DNA of 64,000 nucleotides. It comes from Diplonema japonicum. Lineage: Eukaryota > Protista > Euglenozoa: Diplonemea. Location: the NCBI GenBank assembly GCA_964019335.1, contig OZ025688.1, forward strand, positions 504,758 to 568,757, read 5' to 3'. Made by a program: the position numbers and the translations under genes. Shown here in pieces: positions 56,054 to 64,000 of this stretch (its first letter is position 1; every line of letters begins with the position of its first letter). The notes under the pieces are model-generated. The model saw only the letters and a list, made by a program, of their open reading frames with translations. It was not told the DNA's origin and made no database searches.

Positions 56054-56441
56054 ATGGCCGTCCGTGGTGATCAATGCAACAGGAACAACTTCATGGGTAA
56101 CCGTTCCAGCTCAAGGGTTCTTGCCCAGCCGGTATGTAGAAAGTAGCATAGCGAACACAGTAAACACACAGGGTGGCAACTCCTCGTTCTCTCTGGGGTG
56201 GGACAACACCCCCGCTGCCAAGCCGAAGGCCGTTCCCGTGGAACAGCCGGCGGCGCCTGTCGAGAAGGAGAACGAAGTGCCCGTCAACACCAACGTCCAG
56301 CAGCAGCAGGCCGCCAAGAAGCAAGAGTCTTCTAACTCCTGGGCCAGCAACAGCAACCAGAACTGCGGCAACATGATCACCGACAGGCCCTCTACAAGAG
56401 TGCACGCTCCCCCCGGTGGTAAGTCCTCTATCTGCTTCTAA
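56054..56441 (+). CDS. SPIRAL1-like protein, copy 2; intron 56132-56171
   Basis: Spliced product MAVRGDQCNRNNFMGNRSSSRVLAQP|GGNSSFSLGWD...QNCGNMITDRPSTRVHAPPGGKSSICF. Confidence 0.8.
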
Positions 56442-58277
56442 ATACATAGATTCCCCCTCTTGTGTTAGGAAAACAGCTGCTCCCTCCCCTTAGAATTCCT
56501 TTTCCCCAACATTTTAAAAGAGCAAGAAAAGAAGAAATTATAGAGAAAAAAGAGGGTCCCAAAGAAGAGTGGGAAAAAAAGGGGGTTCTTGCACGATGAA
56601 CAAGGAACAGTAGAGTTTTGGGGGCCTGGAGAAGACACATTCAGGCCCAAGAAGAAAAAAAAAAGCACTAAGCTGCGACTGACCACCCTTTTTCCCCTTA
56701 AATGTGTTGATGCAAACAAATGTACAGAATTGCTTTATTTTTGCTTTCAACACTCCCTCTTTTTTGTCTCTCGTTTTTTTTTTTTTGTTCTTTCTGACCA
56801 CTTACTATTTTTCCTATCCCCACCCGTGCTGTTTCCTGTTTATTTATTTATTTTATTTAATTCTGAGCAGCTCTCTTAAAGAATTTAGGCCGGAAGATAT
56901 AAATCAGGTTTCACTTTAGTAAAGTAGTAAAGTATCTGATTTTTTCCTCATGTTTTTAAGCCAAACGTTGCTGGGCGTGAAAATCAGGTACTTTATTTCA
57001 CGCCCACAGTCATTTTCTAGCAAAAATGCATAGTATCCAGGGTTAACCGATCACCTTCGGTTTTAAAACCCGACCCGAGCAATTTTAGATTTTCGATCAC
57101 TGTCGGGTTAATGATGGGTTTTTTGTAATTTCGGATCGGTTTGATCGGTTTTTTTCTAATTTCGGATTTGATCAATCCAAAACCCATATTTCTGGCAAAA
57201 AATACCAAGACCTTTCAGAAACCCTATTTTGATCTGAGCCCATTCCAGCTATCAAGACCCAAAATAGAGCCTTATTTAAGGCTTTAAATGCAGTTTTGAA
57301 AAAACTGGTTTTCAAACTTGTTATTATGTACCGGGTCAGGGTTTGTTTATGCGCACGAGCGGAATTTTACCTAATAAAAATAGCTCATTACACTGCCATC
57401 AACTAGTTTTTCTAGCGCGGCTTCGCAACGGTACGCGACAGCCTACCTCTGCAAGACGTGTCAGAGGGGGAATGGCTGTCCTCGCCTCACACCAGACGTA
57501 CGAAGGCAGCTGTTGTTCTTGTACCTGAACCAGGACATCAGCGGTGCTCTGTCTTCGTCTGACAGGCACCACGTTCTCAGGCACGCCGGAGGTAAGAAAT
57601 TGGGCGTTCATCGCTGTGTGCGTGCATTCAGTTCTCTGTGGGTGAACATCCTGCCTCAACGGGCGCCCTTCCGTGCGTCCCATGGAGTCCCATTCTAGGC
57701 GCCCCCCTTACTTTGTGCATTGCTACACTTCCCGTTCAAGTTTCATGTTTTTCATAATTGACTTTCGCGCCTAGTTAAAAACCCGCCAAAAACAGGGAAA
57801 ATCCCGATTTTCGGGAAAATAATCCTTTTATAAGTTATTTCGATGCAGGCTTTGTGTATCTGGGAGGTCCGGGAGACGAATACAAGGGTTATAAGTATGG
57901 TTGCACGCTCTCCTCCCGTTCTAATTATTGATTTTTGATTTCGCTCCTATTTAAACAGAAAAAAGAAGAAAAACCGCCAAAAAAAGGACAGGAAGGAGTG
58001 GGAGAGGGTTTGCACCTACCACTCGATCAAACCCAATAGAAAAACACGGCCAACTGTTGAACAAACACAGCAGTCCTTCTTCAACAGTGCACAGAATCAC
58101 GTTTGACATAAACGTCAACATCGATTCGCTGAACTGATCATACCAAACCCAGTACCGTGTTCAGTAAAGAGTCGCATGGTGCCGTTATGGCAGCAGCGAA
58201 GCCACACTCAGCACCCAAATTCTTTGCGAGAGCAGCTCATCATTAAATAAAATGCAGTATTGAATAAAATCAAAGCA

Positions 58278-58377
58278 TGATTTCACTTGTGGGGTCCCCT
58301 TTTTGACTCGTGAAGTAAAGTACTTCGCTCGTGAAGTAAAATCACTCGTCAAAAAGGGGACCCCACGCGTGAAATCA
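58278..58377. repeat. 100-bp inverted repeat (30-bp arms), MITE-like or hairpin
   Basis: TGATTTCACTTGTGGGGTCCCCTTTTTGAC versus GTCAAAAAGGGGACCCCACGCGTGAAATCA (28/30 complementary); the centre carries CTCGTGAAGTAAA twice. Confidence 0.85.
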
Positions 58378-58546
58378 GGCCATCTGATTTTCATTTAATA
58401 AATAGCTATATTTGTAAGAAAATACCTGATTTGGCTTCCACTGTGCGGGCACACAAACATTCGCAGAAGTCCGAGGCGAAAATTCGAGGGCTGGATTGAT
58501 CGGAATTGCATTTCATATCAGACTTTTTTTTTTTCTGAATCACAAA

Positions 58547-59660
58547 ATGGCTGAGCTGACGGTTGACCCGGAGAAGAAAAATGACTTGTATTACAGATAT
58601 AAAGTATGTGCAAAAAAAAAGCTAACAAAAATACCAACACACACCCCTGCAGATGCCTCCCGTTCAAATAAAGGTGGAAGGCAGCGGTAACGGTATCAAG
58701 ACTGTGCTGAGGAATATCACCGACATCGCCACGCGCATTAACAGAGACGTGGAGTACCCGATGAAGTACTTCGGTAACGACATCGGCGCGCACGCGAAGA
58801 ACGAGGACTCCAAATGGATAGTGATGGGCAACCACGACAGGGAAAGGCTGCAGAGGTCGCTTTACGACTACATTTGCAAGTTTGTGCTGTGCAAGGGGTG
58901 CAGGAACCCTGAGACAAAGACGATCGTTGACGAGAAAAAGAACATCATCTTGAGATGCGGGGCCTGTGGTAAGGACTCCCTTGTCGATCAGAAGGAAAAG
59001 TTGAACAACCTTATTCTGAAGAAAGAACAAGTCACTTACGCGGAAAAGGAGAAGTCGAAGAAGGATAAGAAGGACAAGAAGGAGAAGAAAGAAAAGAAGG
59101 AAAAGAAGAGGTCAAAGGACGAAGAAGAGGAAGCTGAGTTCGATGCGGCAACCAGGCAGGCAGATGTCCACAAGGACAAAATAGATGGCGAAGCAACCTC
59201 TGATGAGAAGAGGAGGAACCCTGTTGTGGTGCTGAAGGAATATCTGGCAGAAAAGCCGACAGAGGCGGAAATAATAAACAAGGTGTCGGACATCAAGATT
59301 GAGTACGGGTTGAGGGAGAAAGAAATCATGAAGCTGCTGGGCGAGGCCGTCTTCACGGACGAGACCTTCTTGAAGAAGATCAAGCCGTACGCTGGTGTTT
59401 TCAAAAGATTCGTCGCCGACTCCACTGAGAAGTACGTGATCGAGTGCATGGAGCTGCTCATCTTCGAGGTCCCCGACATCCAGGACAAGTTCCCCATTGC
59501 ACTCAAGAGGTTGTACGATGAGGAAATTGTGCAAGAAGACGCCATCATCACTTGGTACGAAGGCAAGCTGAACAAGAACAACAAGGAACTCTCCCAGACC
59601 CTCAGAACAAAATCAAAGCCTTTCATAGACTGGCTCCAAGAGGAGGAGGATGATGACTAG
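58547..59660 (+). CDS. EIF5: Eukaryotic translation initiation factor 5; intron 58604-58652
   Basis: D.YYRYK|MP...K.EG.GNGIKTV, KFVLC..C.NPET, C.ACG Zn ribbon, and a W2 C-terminus LYDEEI..ED.I..W...FIDWLQEEE. Confidence 0.95.
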
Positions 59661-60749
59661 ACACAAAACGGTTCGCACGACACCTAAGGGAAAGGAGGGA
59701 AAAAAGGGGAAAAAAAAGAAAATACAAAAAAAAGAAAAAAGAAAAAAGAAACATTCAACATGAAGAGAAGGGGAAAAAAGAAAAGAATGAGAAAAGAAAA
59801 AGGTACTATGATTTGCTTGGCAGCGTCGAGGAGGTCCCTCCTCAGGCACAGCGCATTGACAGGGTTATTTTTTTTCTCTCTCTTCATTTTCGTTGTTTGT
59901 AGATTATTTTCCCCCCTTGATTTTACTTGTTTTCTTTCCCTCTTTTTTTTTTCTCCTTTACCCCCCCTTATGTTTAGTATCTCGCAGTTTAGTGTGTGCC
60001 GCTTTTTTTTTTTTTTGGTGCTATTCCCCCTTCCCCCCTTAAGAAAGTCTAAAAAAAAAGAGGGTGCTTGCCAAATTGTGTCCCCCCCCCCCCCCCCCCC
60101 CACACTTTTAGTGTTTTGTGAGAAACAAGAGATTTTTCTTATTTAGGCATCATTACTACAGAAAAAAGAAGGCGGAATTTTCCTTTTTTTTTCTTCTTGC
60201 CATCCTCTTGTTCAAAAAGAAAATCAAAATTTAATAAAAGACAGGCAGAGTAGTTACGCCACATATCTCAAGTGCTCGAAAAGATTTCGAAAAGTTCTGG
60301 GGAGGGAATTTCCGGAAAAGGTTTCTCAGCCAAACAGTATTGCAGGCGCACACTTTGAGATATCCCCCCCACCCCCATTTCACTTTTCCTAGAAGAGTTT
60401 TCCCTCTATATTCTTGACCCGTCGTGGTACAATACCCAGTAACACGACCTTGGGCTCTGATAGGGATTTTCTACATTTTCGCTTTTCATTTTTTAAAAGA
60501 CTTTAAAGACATCAACCCCGCCCTTTTTTTTATAAAATTCTTTTTCATTGTTTGCACTCCCCCCCATTATTTTTCCCTGACCAATTTTTTCTATACCCCC
60601 TTTTTTCTTTATGCCCAACCATATCTCACCCCCCTTTTTTTTCTTCCTTAAATCATGCCCCTCTTCATTCTGCTTTTTACCTGCACTGAAAGAAGGCGCT
60701 GAAAATAAACTAAATAAGAATAAGAACCAACAAACAGCAAGGGGCAAGA

Positions 60750-62062
60750 ATGGCGGGTAAGGACAGCTTTGAGGTCAACAGAGAAAAGACGCTGGGTGAT
60801 GGCGCCTATGCTAAAGTGTATATTGGTACACGCAAAGCCGACAAAGAGCCCGTGGCGGTGAAGGTGATGGAGAAGAGTGTGTGCGCAAAGTCGAGCTTCG
60901 TGAATATTGATCTGGAAATTGAGATTATGAAGACGCTTAACCATCCTAATATCGTCAACATGCAGGCCTCTTGGGAGACCGATTCCGAGGTGCTGCTGGT
61001 ATGTCACTTTTTTTATCTACACATTCCACGGCAGGTGATTGACTTCTGCGGTGGTGGCGAGCTTTTTAAATATATGAAAAAATATGACCTCTCGCACATG
61101 CCTACTGTGGCGCCCCAGTTTGTCGGCGAGATTGTGCTGGCCTTGGAGTACCTGAGAGATCACAAGGTATAACCAAATGTTGTTTTTTACAACACCCTCT
61201 CGTAGGTCCTGCACCGTGACTTGAAACCGGAAAACATCCTTCTCACGTCTGACTTCCACGTGAAGGTGGCGGACTTCGGGACCGCCTGTTGGGCGGAGAA
61301 GGACGATGAAAATAGTAAAAAGTTCACCGGCACTGCACAATACATGGCGCCCGAGATGCTTAAGGACGCAGGGTCGTGCAAGGCTGTATGTACCATTGTT
61401 TCCAATGCCATTCACGACAGGGATACGAGTCGGACCTTTGGGCGCTGGGTTGCATTGTCTTCCAGTTGTTCTGTGGTCGCCCGCCTTTTGTGGGGGCAAC
61501 AAATTACCTTATCTTCCAGTCTATTTTAAAGACGACCCTGGACTACCCACCGTTTGTCCCGCAGGCGGCGAGAGAACTGGTGCAGCAGCTTCTCGACCAT
61601 GACCCGAGCAACCGGATCGGGTCTGCTGCAAAGGGAGGCTTCAAGTTGATGAAGAAGCATGACTTCTTCAAGAACGTGGACTGGGTAAACATCAACAAGA
61701 CGAAGGTGACAAGCCACGTGGACCGCGACCACTCTAGCGACTGGGCTAAGTTCCTTCTCCCCAACGAGGAGGTGGTGTACGCGTCAGAGGTCATCAAAAC
61801 ACGTCATCTCGTCAGCAAGAAGAAGCGCCACCTGATCCTCACGAACTACCCCAGGCTGTTCTACGTAGAAGGGAAGGACGCACATGGCATCAAGGACCAC
61901 GTTGAATGGTCTGATGATATCTCTGCCACTGCATCAAGCGAAAAGGAGTTCAAAGTCATCACCAAGAGCCGGACGTACCTGTTCGAGGACACCCAGGGCC
62001 ATGCACACCTTTGGGTCAGCAAGATCAACTCCGTGGCTCGCGCCAAAAATACTAGGCGTTGA
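60750..62062 (+). CDS. PDK1-like AGC Ser/Thr kinase with C-terminal PH domain; introns 60999-61034, 61167-61205, 61386-61420
   Basis: LGDGAYAKV, VAVK, HRDLKPENILL, DFGTA, FTGTAQYMAPE, SDLWALGC, GRPPF...YLIFQ.I; PH domain KKRHLILT..PRLFYV...RTYLFED...W. Confidence 0.88.
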
Positions 62063-62855
62063 AAGAAATAAAATAAATAAGAAAACAGTCATCACCCTTT
62101 TTTGCTCCAAACGTAGATACTCAACACACACACTGCAGGCCTTTACTGCTTACCTGTTGGAATGCTTTTAACTAGTCTTCCAAACCATCGTCGTGCAGAT
62201 GCTGATTATTATGTGCTGCAATGGGGCCACAAGATTTAAAAAAAAAAGAAACGGAAGGAAAATAAAAGATGGAGTTGTCCGTCGTGATTAGCTGTAAAGC
62301 TCTTTTAGTCTGTTTGTCCTATTACAAGTTCTTTCTTTTTTTCTTTTTTTTTCTTTTCTTTTTTGTGTGGTACCTCTTTTTTTTTCTTCTTCATCTTTTT
62401 TTTCTTTTAAATTCAGTTGGTACCCAAAGAGTTTGAAATTCACTTACACTCTAAAAGCCGAAAATTCATGGGTACCCAGTGTGCCCTGTTCTCTAAAGTA
62501 TGCGGAAAGCAAAGGTCTTAACCAGTTGGAATATTGGCTGGAGAACTTGCTTTGGTTAATATTTGCAAGAAGAAGAGTATTATATGAATCATCGCTTTTT
62601 TAGGTACTAGGTGAAGTGTCTACCATTTCCTGGGTATAAAGTGAAGTACCTTTTTTTTTTCTTTTCCCTTCTTCTTACTCTTCCCACTTATTTTTTTCTT
62701 TTTCTTTTGCCCCTCATTAGTCTCCACCCCATTTTTTCCCCAACGTCCCCTATTCTTTTACATTCTTTTTTGCACTCCTTGTTTTTTGTTATTCAGTGTT
62801 TCTTTTTTTTTTTTTTGAAGTTTTTACATTCTTCTACAACCCGCAAAGGTTTGCA

Positions 62856-63394
62856 ATGCCGACGATTCAAGTGGTCCTTCAGAGCGAGACGTACAATGTA
62901 GCTGTTAGGGGGAGTGACACTGCCGAAGATGTGATGCAAAAGGTTGCGTTGGCTGCGGGGTTGACATTAGGATCCTTCAGGCTGATGTATGAGGGAGAGG
63001 AAGTTGTTGATAAGATGATGCAGTATCCACTTCAGGACCAATGCGAGATGCAAGTGGAGCTCAGCAGGAAGCTACTAGCACAGGCAGCGCTGAGCGAAAT
63101 GAAGACTGCAACACTGCAACAAATAGCATCCGATCTGGACCACTACAGAATGTGGGACCCCTGAAAAAGACGAGGAGTTGGACTGGGCAGAGAAGTGTTG
63201 GAGCTTCTAATCGACGCAGAGCTATGTAAAGACAGGAAGTTGATGAATGAGACTTTGTGCTATGCTGCCCATGCGGGCCTCTTCCGCTGCTGCCAGCTAA
63301 TTTGCGAGAGAGAACTTGCAGACGTCAATACTCACCTTAAACGTTGCACGAAGACCCCCCTGCACTTTGCAGCCATCAAGGGCCACCTCACTGT
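62856..63394 (+). pseudogene. Ubiquitin-like plus ankyrin-repeat gene with an in-frame TGA, cut by the 8-mer array
   Basis: UBL (IQVVLQ.ETY.V.V...DT..D...KV....L....FRL.YEG). After TGA 63162-63164 the same frame continues LCYAAHAG...ADVN...KTPLHFAAIKGHLTV and then enters the repeat. Confidence 0.7.
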
Positions 63395-64000
63395 AAACCC
63401 GCAAACCCGCAAACCCGCAAACCCGCAAACCCGCAAACCCGCAAACCCGCAAACCCGCAAACCCGCAAACCCGCAAACCCGCAAACCCGCAAACCCGCAA
63501 ACCCGCAAACCCGCAAACCCGCAAACCCGCAAACCCGCAAACCCGCAAACCCGCAAACCCGCAAACCCGCAAACCCGCAAACCCGCAAACCCGCAAACCC
63601 GCAAACCCGCAAACCCGCAAACCCGCAAACCCGCAAACCCGCAAACCCGCAAACCCGCAAACCCGCAAACCCGCAAACCCGCAAACCCGCAAACCCGCAA
63701 ACCCGCAAACCCGCAAACCCGCAAACCCGCAACCCGCAAACCCGCAAACCCGCAAACCCGCAAACCCGCAAACCCGCAAACCCGCAAACCCGCAAACCCG
63801 CAAACCCGCAAACCCGCAAACCCGCAAACCCGCAAACCCGCAAACCCGCAAACCCGCAAACCCCCGCAAACCCGCAAACCCGCAAACCCGCAAACCGCAA
63901 ACCCGCAAACCCGCAAACCCGCAAACCCGCAAACCCGCAAACCCGCAAACCCGCAAACCCGCAAACCCGCAAACCCGCAAACCCGCAAACCCGCAAACCC
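63395..64000. repeat. Telomere-like 8-mer tandem array (AAACCCGC)n / (GCGGGTTT)n, about 76 units, running off the window
   Basis: Near-perfect array; the only variants are homopolymer-length changes near 63731, 63861 and 63893. Confidence 0.97.

Noticed and set aside
61386-61429. Non-canonical GAG acceptor at 61429 in the kinase
   Set aside because: The canonical CAG at 61420 is in frame and gives a plausible AGYESDLW.
63162-63164. Alternative genetic code (TGA reassigned)
   Set aside because: TGA, TAA and TAG all terminate conserved genes in this window, and Trp is encoded by TGG in conserved motifs.
63297-63996. Minus-strand ORFs of (RVCGFAGL)n
   Set aside because: Translation artefacts of a stop-free 8-mer array, open in all frames.
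1-64000. Whole region as a terminon-like telomeric retroelement (sense genes followed by C-rich repeats)
   Set aside because: The orientation fits, but the content is ordinary housekeeping genes (eIF5, DMC1, cyclin) and no hammerhead or pLTR repeats were seen.
1-64000. SL RNA, tRNA, rRNA or snRNA genes
   Set aside because: No recognisable leader exon, cloverleaf or rRNA sequence by eye; a covariance-model search is needed to exclude divergent ones.

Overview
Eukaryotic nuclear DNA, most likely a euglenozoan (diplonemid-like; inferred from gene organisation and a KIN-E-type kinesin, not proven). About 29 protein genes all lie on the + strand, often only 40-90 nt apart, usually with an AG acceptor just upstream of the ATG, consistent with polycistronic transcription and trans-splicing. 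Many genes carry tiny 30-61 nt GT(ATG)...AG introns with A/C-rich 3' ends. Recognisable genes include calpain-7, a copine-WW fusion, a PHO80-type cyclin, a KIN-E-like kinesin, DMC1, a calmodulin-like protein, two glycosyltransferases, two SPIRAL1-like paralogues, eIF5 and a PDK1-like kinase. The standout is a highly derived telomerase reverse transcriptase (28290-31502): TRBD, RT and CTE motifs are present, but there is no room for a TEN domain (CCCH zinc finger(s) sit there instead), the IFD/TRAP is missing, and an EF-hand-like module is inserted between the T motif and RT motif 1. The window ends in at least 606 bp of a telomere-like 8-mer (AAACCCGC)n that cuts a UBL-ankyrin gene mid-repeat and is in the opposite orientation to a normal right-hand telomere. 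A deleted piggyBac with TIRs and TTAA, and a 100-bp palindrome, lie in the gene-poor stretches.
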